64,000 nucleotides of DNA from Phycisphaerae bacterium. GTDB lineage: Bacteria; Planctomycetota; Phycisphaerae; UBA1845. The stretch spans positions 544,001-608,000 of the forward strand of contig CAXXGO010000003.1 of assembly GCA_963666835.2 (NCBI GenBank). The letters are read 5' to 3'. The translations under genes were made by a program, and so were the position numbers. Position 1 is the first letter of the stretch. Each line of letters opens with the position of its first letter. Below are positions 9,178-19,089 of this stretch, piece after piece. The notes under the pieces were generated by a model. The model was not told the origin of the DNA. It saw nothing but the letters and a program-made list of their open reading frames with translations, and did no database searches.

Positions 9178-9349
9178 ACGCTCCTCCGCGATGCCGCCGC
9201 TACTGCCGAGCCCCGTTAACCACCACACCTGAACGAAGCTCCCGTTCCTCAGAATTCTCGGAAGTTCTGCAGGTTGTCAAGTCGGAGTCGTGATTCTTTG
9301 CAGGATCCTGCGGCTTGTTTGCGTGGTCGGCTTGGTCCTATTCGCCCGG

Positions 9350-11065
9350 CTATACCGAATCAGCGCCGATTTCTGCCGGCAGACCCGGCACATCCTCCTC
9401 GCGCCCTTCGGCGGGTGGCTTCTGCGACCCACTCGGAGCAGGTGAAGCTCCTTCAGGCGTGGTCACCTTCGCACTTTGAAGCTCCTCCAGGTCCGCCAGC
9501 TCCACATTGATCTCCTCCACCACCTCCGGGACGTTCCAGAAGGAGGGGCCGTACAGAATCCGAAGTGCCCGAAGGGCCTCACCGCGTTCCGCAAACCACC
9601 GCTCCTCTTTGCTACTTACGAACGCCTCCAGGGCATTCTCAAGGTCGTCTTCAGCAGCTTCCAAAGTCTCGTCCGAAACCTCATCTTCTTTCGAGGCCAT
9701 CGCCCGCTCTATGACGAGGAGCCCGCGGTTCAATAGCGCGACCCCGAAATGTCGAGGGTCCGTTCGCCCAACGCGGCGGAGGGTCTGGATCGACCGTGTG
9801 TAGAACGGCTCGGCCTCATCCAGCTTCCCCTGATCGTGCAGACTTCGAGCAAGCCTGACCTGCATGACCGCATATTTGAGATCACTCATGTTCGCGAGAT
9901 CGCCTTCACGGTCCTGGAATTCCCGCGCGGTCTCGTTCACCCAGAGTATCGAGGCACCCACCACCATGAACATCGCTGCGGTCACAGCAAAGACGGCCTT
10001 GTGCCGTATGACCATCTTGCGAAGCCGATAAAGGACCCCGGCTCGCCTGGCGAGGATCGGCTGATCAGTCAGATAACGTCCGATGTCCTCCGCCAAAGCC
10101 GCGGCGCTCTGGTACCTCCGGCCGCGTTCCTTCTCCAGCGCCTTTAGAGATATGGTATCCAAGTCCCCGCGGAGGCTCCGGTCTACCGACGACGGCCTTC
10201 GGGGCGGCTCTTCGCAGATTGTCTTGATAGCCTCCGGGAGCACGGCACGGCTAACGGTGTACGGCAACCTCCCCGTGATCATCTCGAAGAAGATCACTCC
10301 CAAGGCGTAAACATCACTTCGAACGTCGATCTCATCCGGATTCCCGCGGGCCTCCTCGGGACTCATGTACGGCAGTGTTCCCCGAATCTGCCCGATCTCG
10401 GTCCCGCTGATCGTCATCCCGTCTCCAGGCTCTCCAATCCGGGCCAATCCAAAATCCAGGATCTTGGGGTTCCCTTCGGCATCGATGAGGATATTGGACG
10501 GTTTGAGATCTCGGTGGATTACCCCGCGCAGGTGCGCGTAGTGAATCGCCTCGCATACTCTCTGGAACATCTTAAGGTACTCACGGCGGGGCAGCTCCCC
10601 GGCTCGCACGTACTCATCCAGCCGTACGCCCTGCACAAGCTCCATAGCGAAGAAATGTTGCCCGTCCCCTGTGCAGCCGGCGTCGTAGATCGCCGCGATC
10701 GCGGGGTGTTTCAAGCGGGCAAGCGTCTGTACTTCTCGCTGAAAGAGTTTAACGTGGTACTCGTCAACGAACTCCCCGCCTCGGACCACTTTCACCGCCA
10801 CCCGACGGTGAGGAGTTTGCTGCTGCCCCTCGTACACGATTCCCATGCCGCCTGCCCCCAGGCAACGATGGATGACGTAAGGTCCGATGTTACCCGGCAT
10901 CGGCGGACTTGCCGGAAGCGATGTGGCACGTACCGCGTCAATCGTGGTGCGAAACTGCGCGGCCCGCTCACGACACTCAGAGCACTTGGTTAAATGCTCT
11001 TCGATTTCCGGTGAGTTTCGGTCAATACCGCTCCAGAGCTCTTCTTCGGAGATATCGCAGCCCAT
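9350..11065 (-). CDS. Hanks-type Ser/Thr protein kinase with N-terminal zinc-finger anti-sigma-like motif, TM helix and TPR-like C-terminus
   Basis: HLTKCSEC (HxxxCxxC); LGAGGMGIVY, VAVK, HRDLKPSN, DFG, GTLPYMSPE; TM AVFAVTAAMFMVVGASILWV; start estimated at ATG 11065. Confidence 0.92.
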   Translation of the reverse strand: MGCDISEEELWSGIDRNSPEIEEHLTKCSECRERAAQFRTTIDAVRATSLPASPPMPGNIGPYVIHRCLGAGGMGIVYEGQQQTPHRRVAVKVVRGGEFVDEYHVKLFQREVQTLARLKHPAIAAIYDAGCTGDGQHFFAMELVQGVRLDEYVRAGELPRREYLKMFQRVCEAIHYAHLRGVIHRDLKPSNILIDAEGNPKILDFGLARIGEPGDGMTISGTEIGQIRGTLPYMSPEEARGNPDEIDVRSDVYALGVIFFEMITGRLPYTVSRAVLPEAIKTICEEPPRRPSSVDRSLRGDLDTISLKALEKERGRRYQSAAALAEDIGRYLTDQPILARRAGVLYRLRKMVIRHKAVFAVTAAMFMVVGASILWVNETAREFQDREGDLANMSDLKYAVMQVRLARSLHDQGKLDEAEPFYTRSIQTLRRVGRTDPRHFGVALLNRGLLVIERAMASKEDEVSDETLEAAEDDLENALEAFVSSKEERWFAERGEALRALRILYGPSFWNVPEVVEEINVELADLEELQSAKVTTPEGASPAPSGSQKPPAEGREEDVPGLPAEIGADSV

Positions 11066-11388
11066 CACTACCCTCACGAGCATGGTGAGGCCGGAACCTC
11101 GCCGGCCCGGCTCTCCACCCACCTCGAAAGCCCCCTTCACCACATCTTAACGCGTTCGAATCCGCGCCGAGCAGTATCCGGCAACAAATATTCTGTTTTT
11201 TGTCCGTCGTTTCGTCTCCGGCGGTGTTGTAACAGATGGATACGGGGATTCTGACCGGTTGTTCGAGTTTCGCCCGGCTGGCAGCCAACCGTTTGAGTTC
11301 GCCTTGGGGATAGGACACGGTGGTCGTTAGATCGCCGGTTTTGCATGGTTGCCCGCCAGACGTCGGATGGGGCGGCGAGTGTTGACTA

Positions 11389-11417
11389 TTGCACGGTTGT
11401 GTCGTTTGTGATGTAAT
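11389..11417 (+). promoter_or_regulatory. Putative sigma70-type promoter
   Basis: TTGCAC-N17-TGTAAT with TG extension, about 95 bp upstream of ATG 11511. Confidence 0.45.
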
Positions 11418-11510
11418 GCGGAAGTTCGGACACTGATCTGAAGTGTCTGAGCCGGATCGCAGGGATTCGCGGTGCAGAGCACCCGAAATTACTTCAGAGG
11501 GACTGTTGTC

Positions 11511-12644
11511 ATGACTAGCATATTTGGACAAGGGCGTCGGCGTAACGGCCACCCGGCCGGGTTCACGCTTATCGAACTGTTGGTGGTAATCGCCATCATC
11601 GCGCTGCTGATTTCGATTCTGCTTCCGTCGCTTGAGGCGGCGCGACGGCAATCGAAGCAGTCGGCTTGCCTGTCGCATATCAAGAACATCGCGACCAGCA
11701 GCCGAGTGTACGAGGCGGATGATCCCAATGGCTGGGGCATTCCGGTGCACCCCCTCACGTACTGGCAGGATCCGAATGATCCTAGCTTCATCGGGGCGTA
11801 CGAGTGGGGCGGGAAGTCCGGGATCGGTTCAGAGGGCTTCTGCATTGGACCGTCAGGTCAGTACGCGTTCCTCACCAGCAAGTACGGGACGAAGGCCGGG
11901 TTCGGCCCGGCAACGCGGCCGATGAATGACATCTTGTACCCCGCGGGCTTCAAGGACAACCTCCATACCCCAACGGGGTGGATCCGTCAGGGCTGCATTG
12001 ACGACACGAAGCTGGATCTCTCGTTGTTCAGTTGTCCGGCAGACGAAGGCCCGCCGCGTGGTGCGCATTGCCCGACCTGGATTGCTCATAGCGAGCGGTC
12101 CTCGTACGACCACTTCGGCACCAGCTTTGCGGCCAACCTCTTCATGACGTCGTTCGTTGGTGGTGGCCCGGTTTATAGTAACTCGCCATACATGCGCCCG
12201 ACGTCTCGCGTACCCACGCCGGCTCGGACGCTGTACTACGAGGAGAACATTGGTCGCTGGGCGTGGTGCTGCAAGAACGAGAAGCCTGACTGCGAGAGCA
12301 CGATTCCGGGACTTGCGATCGATCCAGGACCAACCAAGGTCATCACCGGCTGGCACGGCAAGAACTGGACGTTCAACCGCGCGTTTGTTGATGGCCACGC
12401 TGAAAACCAGCGTATCTTGATCGAAGGGACGGAGGATTCGGCAGGTTACTCGGAGCACTACCGGACCGAGGTGGTCTGGCCCGACGACGAAGAACAGCAG
12501 GCCCGCTCGGTCTGCATCATCGTCCGAGGTCCGGGCTGGCAAAAAGACACCCTGCCTGCGGAGTCGATCTACACTGGGCTGACGTTTAATGGTGACGGGC
12601 GCTACTCCTTCGACAGATGTGTCGGCGACGGCGCCATATATTAG
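11511..12644 (+). CDS. Prepilin-type N-terminal cleavage/methylation domain protein with H-X9-DG-type C-terminal motif (DUF1559-like)
   Basis: [25 protein letters not shown]...AR...[24 protein letters not shown]. Confidence 0.92.
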   Translation: MTSIFGQGRRRNGHPAGFTLIELLVVIAIIALLISILLPSLEAARRQSKQSACLSHIKNIATSSRVYEADDPNGWGIPVHPLTYWQDPNDPSFIGAYEWGGKSGIGSEGFCIGPSGQYAFLTSKYGTKAGFGPATRPMNDILYPAGFKDNLHTPTGWIRQGCIDDTKLDLSLFSCPADEGPPRGAHCPTWIAHSERSSYDHFGTSFAANLFMTSFVGGGPVYSNSPYMRPTSRVPTPARTLYYEENIGRWAWCCKNEKPDCESTIPGLAIDPGPTKVITGWHGKNWTFNRAFVDGHAENQRILIEGTEDSAGYSEHYRTEVVWPDDEEQQARSVCIIVRGPGWQKDTLPAESIYTGLTFNGDGRYSFDRCVGDGAIY

Positions 12645-12729
12645 GTGCTTCGCCGCATGGGGTTGGGTGAAATCGGAGGCAGAGGTAATCCGACGACGAC
12701 CTCACAAGGCAGGCTCTGAATGACATTAC

Positions 12730-12769
12730 GAAGGCTGTCGGCGTTTGGCCGGCAGCCTTCTCCTTTTTT
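12730..12769 (+). terminator. Rho-independent terminator
   Basis: GAAGGCTGTCGG...CCGGCAGCCTTC followed by TCCTTTTTT. Confidence 0.75.
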
Positions 12770-12833
12770 CGCTCGGCTGCGCACACTGGCCGCCGTAGAT
12801 CAAACGCCTGAGCCGAAACCAACTGAGCTAGCA

Positions 12834-14993
12834 ATGCCAGAACAGCATGACAGCCCGGAAGAGGCCGGCCAGTGGCCTCGACCGCTGTTCTCGAGCTTCG
12901 GGCTGACGCGAGTCGCTCATCGCGTGACCATACTCGTCGTTATCGGCGTTACCTTGTACGCCTTCGCCGGTGTAGCGGCAAATGGTTTCGTAGATTGGGA
13001 TGACAACTTCGTCATAACGGAGAACGAAAGATACCGCGGGTTTGACACCGGCCATCTCACCTGGATGTTCACGACTGGATTCGCAGGGCACTACCAACCC
13101 CTTACCTGGCTCTCGTTTGCCGTTGATGCAAGGATCTGGGGGGTGAATGCCGCCGGATTCCACGTTACCAGTCTAGCCCTTCATGTGATTACATCTGTTG
13201 TATTCCTCCTGCTGTCGCACCGCCTTCTGGTAGCGGCCTTTCCGCATATTGCCGGGGATGGGATCGCGGTCGGAGCACTCGCGGGCGCTCTGCTCTTCGC
13301 GATCCACCCACTCCGGGTCGAGTCGGTTGCTTGGGCAACGGAGCGACGAGACGTACTCAGCGGAATGTGGCTGACTCTGACCGTCCTGTTCTATACGCGG
13401 GCGGTTGCCGCGGAGACAGGGCCGACGTATCGCCGTCTCTTCGCAGCCTCTCTGGTTTGCTACACCCTGTCTCTTCTCTCGAAGGCGGCCGGAATGACCA
13501 TCCCGATAGTGCTTCTCGTTCTTGATGCGTACCCATTTCGCCGCAATGACATCGCTGCGCGTACCGCAAACCGAACGCCCCTCTCCCGTATCCTCTGGGA
13601 GAAAGTCGCGTTTGCGGTTCCGGCTACTGCCGCGGCGTTGCTGGCGTTGTGGGCTCAGGGGCAGGCGGGAGCGCTGCGATCCTCCATCGATCACCCCCTG
13701 AGCCTCCGAGTTGCCCAGGCGTTCTACGGGATCGCCTTCTACATCGTTAAAACAGTCTGGCCCAGCAGCTTGAATCCGCTCTACGAGCAAAACCCGGAGG
13801 CCTCGCCGTGGGCCTATGCCAACATCATGTCCGCGGCCATCGTAATTGCGATTTCCATCGTGCTGTGGAGAGTACGGCGTCGTTGTCCGGGAATGGCTGC
13901 GGCATGGCTCGTGTATCTGACCCTGCTTGCTCCGGTTCTGGGTCTGGCCCAGAGCGGTCCCCAAGTCGTTGCCGATCGATACTCGTATCTATCCTGCATG
14001 GCCTGGGCGGTGCTAATGGGCGGCGGAGTGGCCCGACTCTGGCACACACCCCGCATGCGATACCCCGTGGTCATCGGACTCGTCATCTTGGTCGGGGCTC
14101 TCTCACTGCTGACGAAAGCGCAAGTCGGCGTGTGGAAGGACTCGGAGACTCTCTGGACAACAGTCCTGGATCGCGCTCCTCGCACCGGAACCGCTCATGC
14201 CAACCTCGCCGCGCTACGAAACAGCCAGGGACAGTATGCGGATGCACGGCGGCACAGTCGAGCCTGTCTGGATATTCTGCCGGGTAATCGGACGGCGCAT
14301 ATCGCGCTGGCCAGAAGTTCCGCCGAACTAGATGATCTGGGCACCGCTGAACAGCATTACGAGATCGCCCTGACCATTCGTCCTGATGATCCGCCGCGGC
14401 TGGTTGCTCTGGCCCACGTCAAGGACCGTATGAACCGACCTCAAGAAGCCGAGGCGCTCTACCGCCGGGTGATCGAGCTTGACCCCATGTCCCCGTTCGG
14501 GCATTACAACCTTGCGGGCTTCCTGGCGAACCGAGAAAAACTTGCCGAGGCAGAACGTCCGTTGCGGGAAGCGGCTCGCCTGGCTCCCACCGACCCGAAC
14601 ATCTGGCTCCGGTTGGCAGCCGTCTGTTCCGCGCTAAACCGACCCGCTGATGCCGTGACCGCATTGGAGACGGGCCTTCTCAATGTTCCAGGCGACGTGT
14701 CACTTTCGGCGCGACTTGCGTGGATCCTCGCCACGTGCCACGACGACGCTCTGCGTGACGGACGTCGGGCTCTTAGCTTAGCGCAGACTGCCGCCCGCTT
14801 GAGCGATCAGCCCGGTCCGATAGTTGTCGAGGCTATCGCCGCTGCCCACGCGGAGCTGGGCGACTTTGCCGCCGCCGCCGCGGTTATCGATAACCTCTTG
14901 AAAAGCAGCGTTTCTTCGCTATCCGAGAAAACGATACAACGACTCGAATCGCAGCGTAACCGCTACGAAGCCGGGCAACCCGCCAGAGAGTAA
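12834..14993 (+). CDS. TMTC-like multi-TM glycosyltransferase (GT-C fold) with C-terminal TPR repeats
   Basis: FVDWDDNF, HYQPLTWLS, FAIHPLRVESVAWATERRDVL, LLSK, ADRYSYL, VWKDSETLW, then TPRs; start moved to ATG 12834 (downstream of the terminator). Confidence 0.88.
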   Translation: MPEQHDSPEEAGQWPRPLFSSFGLTRVAHRVTILVVIGVTLYAFAGVAANGFVDWDDNFVITENERYRGFDTGHLTWMFTTGFAGHYQPLTWLSFAVDARIWGVNAAGFHVTSLALHVITSVVFLLLSHRLLVAAFPHIAGDGIAVGALAGALLFAIHPLRVESVAWATERRDVLSGMWLTLTVLFYTRAVAAETGPTYRRLFAASLVCYTLSLLSKAAGMTIPIVLLVLDAYPFRRNDIAARTANRTPLSRILWEKVAFAVPATAAALLALWAQGQAGALRSSIDHPLSLRVAQAFYGIAFYIVKTVWPSSLNPLYEQNPEASPWAYANIMSAAIVIAISIVLWRVRRRCPGMAAAWLVYLTLLAPVLGLAQSGPQVVADRYSYLSCMAWAVLMGGGVARLWHTPRMRYPVVIGLVILVGALSLLTKAQVGVWKDSETLWTTVLDRAPRTGTAHANLAALRNSQGQYADARRHSRACLDILPGNRTAHIALARSSAELDDLGTAEQHYEIALTIRPDDPPRLVALAHVKDRMNRPQEAEALYRRVIELDPMSPFGHYNLAGFLANREKLAEAERPLREAARLAPTDPNIWLRLAAVCSALNRPADAVTALETGLLNVPGDVSLSARLAWILATCHDDALRDGRRALSLAQTAARLSDQPGPIVVEAIAAAHAELGDFAAAAAVIDNLLKSSVSSLSEKTIQRLESQRNRYEAGQPARE

Positions 14994-15052
14994 TCCGTGT
15001 TCAGCGATCACAAGTCGTAAACTGCACAAGAGGGGCTCTCGCTTTCGAGGGG

Positions 15053-15081
15053 TTGCCGAAATCGCGGCTTTGCCATACATT
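15053..15081 (+). promoter_or_regulatory. Putative sigma70-type promoter
   Basis: TTGCCG-N17-TACATT upstream of 15292. Confidence 0.35.
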
Positions 15082-15291
15082 CCGCAGCCTACCCGGCGCT
15101 CGCGAGAGGTTGATACGCGAGAGATTCGTTCGGACGTCGCGCACGCATCTTACCCGACGACCGGTCCGGCGCGCGAGCAATTGCTTGCCCCGAACTTGTC
15201 GCCGACTATGCTGGGCCGACCGAACCGTTTCGGTCAGGAATGCGTTTGCTTACTGGGACCTGTGGTTACTGAGAATGCTTGAGGAAAGGTT

Positions 15292-16620
15292 ATGGCTACG
15301 TCTTCGAAGAACCGGATAAAAGTGATCATTGTCGGGGCGGCCGGCCGCGATTTCCACGATTTCAATACCTTCTGGGGCAAGGACCCGCGGTATCAGGTCG
15401 TGGCATTTACCGCCGCGCAGATCCCCGATATCCACGGGCGCACGTACCCGCGCGTACTTGCCGGGAAGCGCTATCCGCGCGGTATCCCGATTGAGCCCGA
15501 AGAGAAACTCGCAGAACTGATCGAGAAGTATGATGTAGATCAGGTTGCCATGGCCTACTCCGATCTGCCGTACGAGCAGGTGATGCACAAAGCCGCCCTG
15601 GCCAACGCCGCCGGGGCGGATTTCCGGATTCTCGGCCCGCGCTACACGATGATCGAGTCGAAAAAGCCAGTCATCGCAGTTTGCGCCGTGCGGACCGGAT
15701 GCGGTAAGAGCCAGACCTCGCGGGCCGTCACCGAGGTTCTCAAGTCCATGGGCAAGCGGGTCGCGGCGATCCGCCATCCCATGCCGTACGGCGATCTGAC
15801 CAAGCAGATTTGCCAGCGGTTTGCCAAGTTGGAGGATCTCGACCTCCACGATTGCACGATCGAGGAACGCGAAGAATACGAACCGCACATTCAGGCAGGC
15901 AACATCGTTTTCGCCGGCGTGGACTACGGGAAGATCCTCAAGGCCGCCGAGAAGGAGGCTGACGTCATTCTCTGGGACGGCGGCAACAATGACACGGCCT
16001 TCTACAAGCCGGATCTGTACATTACCGTGGCCGACCCGCACAGGCCGGGACATGAGCTGTGCTACTATCCTGGCGAAACCAACGTCAGGCTCGCCGATAT
16101 CGTGGTCGTTAATAAGGTCGACACGGCCGATCCGAACGACGTCAAGCAGGTGGTGGCCAACGTCAAGTCGCTCAATAGCGACGCCAGGATCATCAAAGCT
16201 AAGTCCCCGGTCACGGTCAGCGATCCCGCAGCCGTCAAAGGGAAGCGCGTTCTCGTGGTGGAAGACGGTCCGACCCTCACTCACGGAGAAATGACCTTCG
16301 GTGCCGGTCATGTGGCGGCCAAGAAGTACGGTGCCCGGATGATCGTAGACCCGCGGCCGTTTGCCGTAGGCTCCATCAAAAAGACGTATCAGAAGTACAG
16401 CCACATGACGGAGATCCTCCCGGCCATGGGCTACGGCGCCAAGCAGATGAAGGAGCTCGAGCGGACGATCAACGCGGTGAAGTGCGATCTTGTCCTCATC
16501 GGCACGCCTATCGACCTGGCGCGGATGATGAAGATCAACAAGCCGAGCCTGCGAGTGAATTACGAACTGGGTAAGCCGGCGACCAGGGCGCTGCGCGACG
16601 CAATTGCGGAGGTCGTCTAG
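15292..16620 (+). CDS. arcE: Probable arginine synthetase (ArcE; family often labelled cyclic 2,3-diphosphoglycerate synthetase-like / predicted GTPase)
   Basis: N-terminal VIIVGAAGRDFHDFN...VVAFTAAQIPDI; P-loop AVRTGCGKSQTS; RHPMPYG, TIEEREEYEPH, WDGGNND, VEDGPTLTHG, PAMGYG; adjacent to carbamate kinase and OTCase genes. Confidence 0.82.
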   Translation: MATSSKNRIKVIIVGAAGRDFHDFNTFWGKDPRYQVVAFTAAQIPDIHGRTYPRVLAGKRYPRGIPIEPEEKLAELIEKYDVDQVAMAYSDLPYEQVMHKAALANAAGADFRILGPRYTMIESKKPVIAVCAVRTGCGKSQTSRAVTEVLKSMGKRVAAIRHPMPYGDLTKQICQRFAKLEDLDLHDCTIEEREEYEPHIQAGNIVFAGVDYGKILKAAEKEADVILWDGGNNDTAFYKPDLYITVADPHRPGHELCYYPGETNVRLADIVVVNKVDTADPNDVKQVVANVKSLNSDARIIKAKSPVTVSDPAAVKGKRVLVVEDGPTLTHGEMTFGAGHVAAKKYGARMIVDPRPFAVGSIKKTYQKYSHMTEILPAMGYGAKQMKELERTINAVKCDLVLIGTPIDLARMMKINKPSLRVNYELGKPATRALRDAIAEVV

Positions 16621-16796
16621 GGCCACCTCACGCCTCCAGGTTTTCGGGTGTGCCACTGCTCTTGAGCAGGGCGGCGCCACGGTACGAATGGAACGCGAAC
16701 CTCCAGGCGTGACAAAGCGCTAGACTTCGACGCTGGGCAGCGAAGTGCAGGCTGCAATGCCACAGCCGCATCGCACTTGTTTGCTGATGAAGGCCA

Positions 16797-16838
16797 CGCC
16801 GGGGCCGCCTGTTTCGGGCGGCGCCCGGCGTTTCTTTT
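16797..16838 (+). terminator. Rho-independent terminator between convergent arcE and arcC
   Basis: CGCCGGGGCCGCC-TGTTTCG-GGCGGCGCCCGGCG-TTTCTTTT. Confidence 0.6.
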
Positions 16839-16932
16839 GCATATGCCGGTTACGTTGCGCCGACTGGTCTGCGGCACGGCTCCGCGGTTTTTCAGAATCA
16901 CCGTGCGGTGCCTGCACCACGCGAGCAAACCG

Positions 16933-17895
16933 CTACTGCGCGGTGATTACGGTGCCGGCCTGCCCTACAATCGCTTGGGCGGCTTGGTCCAGAGACCCGA
17001 TGATCACCCGGGCATCGGCACGATCGGAACCACGTAGGAACTGGAGTGCCCCGGCGACCTTCGGCCCCATGGATCCCGCCCCGAACTGCCCGCTGTCGAG
17101 CCACTTCTGGGCCTCGTTGACGCTCAATCGGTCCAGCGCCTTCTCATCCGGCTTGCCGAAGTTGAGGCAGATTCGATCGACGTTGGTCAGGATCATCATG
17201 GTGTCGGCGCCCAACTCGCGGGCGAGCAGTGCGCTGGCGAGGTCCTTGTCGATTACCGCGCAGACCCCGTTCGTCCTGCCCTGCGAGTCTCGTACGACGG
17301 GGATCCCCCCGCCACCACAGGCGACCAGGAGGTCTCCAGCACGGACGGAACGCTTGATTAGCTCAATCTCCATCACGCGGCGGGGATGCGGTGACGGAAC
17401 CACTCGGCGAAACTTGCCCGGCTGAATTTCCTTGATGGTCCAACGCCCGTCACGGCGAAGTTCCTCGGCCTCCTCATCGCTCATGAAGCGACCGATGGGT
17501 TTGGTCGGCTCATCAAACGACGGATCGTCATGGTCGACCAGCACGGTCGTGATAATCGTATTCACCACGACGTTCTTGTGCCCGCGATCGCTTAATTCGT
17601 TGGCCAGGGTCTGGGCGATCATGAAGCCCATGCCGCCCTGGACGTGAGCTGAAGCCACCTCCATCGGCAACGGATAAACCGCCGTCGCTGCGGCATCGTT
17701 GCGGACCAGGAAGTTGCCGATCTGGGGGCCGTTGCCGTGAGTGACCACGAGTCGACACCCTCGCTCGACGAGATCGGCCAGCGGCTTCGCCGCCGCCCGG
17801 GAGTTGGCGAACTGGTCATCGACGTTCCCCTCCGAATCGGGGTCCGTAATTGCGTTTCCGCCGAGAGCTACGACTATCAGTTCGCCATCTGCCAT
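16933..17895 (-). CDS. arcC: Carbamate kinase
   Basis: VVALGGNA, THGNGPQIG, PTKPIG, RRVVPSP, GGGGIPV, AVIDKD, GSMGPKV; start ATG 17895. Confidence 0.96.
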   Translation of the reverse strand: MADGELIVVALGGNAITDPDSEGNVDDQFANSRAAAKPLADLVERGCRLVVTHGNGPQIGNFLVRNDAAATAVYPLPMEVASAHVQGGMGFMIAQTLANELSDRGHKNVVVNTIITTVLVDHDDPSFDEPTKPIGRFMSDEEAEELRRDGRWTIKEIQPGKFRRVVPSPHPRRVMEIELIKRSVRAGDLLVACGGGGIPVVRDSQGRTNGVCAVIDKDLASALLARELGADTMMILTNVDRICLNFGKPDEKALDRLSVNEAQKWLDSGQFGAGSMGPKVAGALQFLRGSDRADARVIIGSLDQAAQAIVGQAGTVITAQ

Positions 17896-18070
17896 AAGCC
17901 CAACCCAGCCAATAGTGCCAACCGCCCCGCCTGCCCAGGAAGTAGCCGGGAGCGTAGTTGTTATCAGGCATCCCCGCAACGCTCCGCGGGGAGTACTTCG
18001 GCCGCATTGTCGTCAAAGTTGAACGGGGTGCGCCCGACCTATTCCCAGCTCCGATTCGTCCCCACCCGGA

Positions 18071-18994
18071 TTAGCCGGCCAGATGAACCATCAGAGCCTT
18101 CTGCGCGTGCATGCGGTTCTCCGCCTGATCGAAGATCGCGGAGTTCGGTAGCCGCGACGTGGCGTAATCGATTTCCTCATCGTAGTGGGCCGGCAGACAA
18201 TGCAGCACAACCGCATCGGGCGCGGCGATCTTCATAATCTCGCCGTCTATGCGGTACTTGGCGAACGCGGTCCGCCGCGCGGCCGCCTCGTTCTCCTGCC
18301 CCATTGACGCCCACACATCCGTATAAAGAACATCCGCCCCGCGTGCCGCGGACAAGTCATTAGCAATCGTTATCTTGGATCCGGTAGTTGCCGCGGCATC
18401 GTTAGCCAGGGCAACCACGTCCTTCTGCGGCTCGTGCCCCGGCGGGGTAATTACGGTCATGTTCATCCCCACCCGAGCAGCACCGAGCATCAGCGAATTG
18501 GCAACGTTGTTCCCGTCACCGATGAAGCACATAGTCACGCCGTCGAGTTTGCCCTTGCGCTCCAGGACCGTTTGGAAGTCGGCCATGATCTGGCACGGGT
18601 GCTCGTAGTCGCTTAAGCCGTTGATGACCGGTACGGTTGCATGCTTGGCGAGTTCCTGCACGGTATCATGGCCGAACACTCGGGCCATTATCACGTCCAC
18701 ATAACGGGAAAGGACCAGCGCGATATCCTCGGTGGTCTCGCGTTTTCCCAGGCTGATGTCCGCGGGAGCCAGATAAATCGCATGCCCGCCCAACTGGGTC
18801 ATCCCAGTCTCGAAGGAGACTCGTGTACGTAGCGACGGCTTCAGGAAGATCATCGCCAGAGTCTTGCCCTGCAAATGCGACGAACCGGTTCCGGCCTCCT
18901 TCAGCTTCCGCGCAGTCTCAAGAACTTCCAGAATCTCCTCGGCGGAGAAATCCAACATGGAAACAAAATTACGACCCTTTAAATTCACAGCCAC
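18071..18994 (-). CDS. argF: Ornithine carbamoyltransferase (ArgF/ArcB; likely catabolic given context)
   Basis: FLKPSLRTRVSFE, HPCQ, GDGNNV, DVWASMG, HCLP, QAENR; GTG 18994 with GGAG RBS. Confidence 0.95.
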   Translation of the reverse strand: MAVNLKGRNFVSMLDFSAEEILEVLETARKLKEAGTGSSHLQGKTLAMIFLKPSLRTRVSFETGMTQLGGHAIYLAPADISLGKRETTEDIALVLSRYVDVIMARVFGHDTVQELAKHATVPVINGLSDYEHPCQIMADFQTVLERKGKLDGVTMCFIGDGNNVANSLMLGAARVGMNMTVITPPGHEPQKDVVALANDAAATTGSKITIANDLSAARGADVLYTDVWASMGQENEAAARRTAFAKYRIDGEIMKIAAPDAVVLHCLPAHYDEEIDYATSRLPNSAIFDQAENRMHAQKALMVHLAG

Positions 18995-19089
18995 GGCTAA
19001 TACTCCAGTCTTAGCCCTCCGCTCTGGGAGGGGCCAACCCCACTCGTAACGCAGGCTTCCAGCCTGCACCCACCAAACCGCGTCGCCGG

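Noticed and set aside
15292..16620. Cyclic 2,3-diphosphoglycerate synthetase or generic GTPase
   Set aside because: The GAAGRDFH-type N-terminus and the arcC/OTCase/rocD context favour arginine synthetase; no 2-phosphoglycerate kinase is nearby
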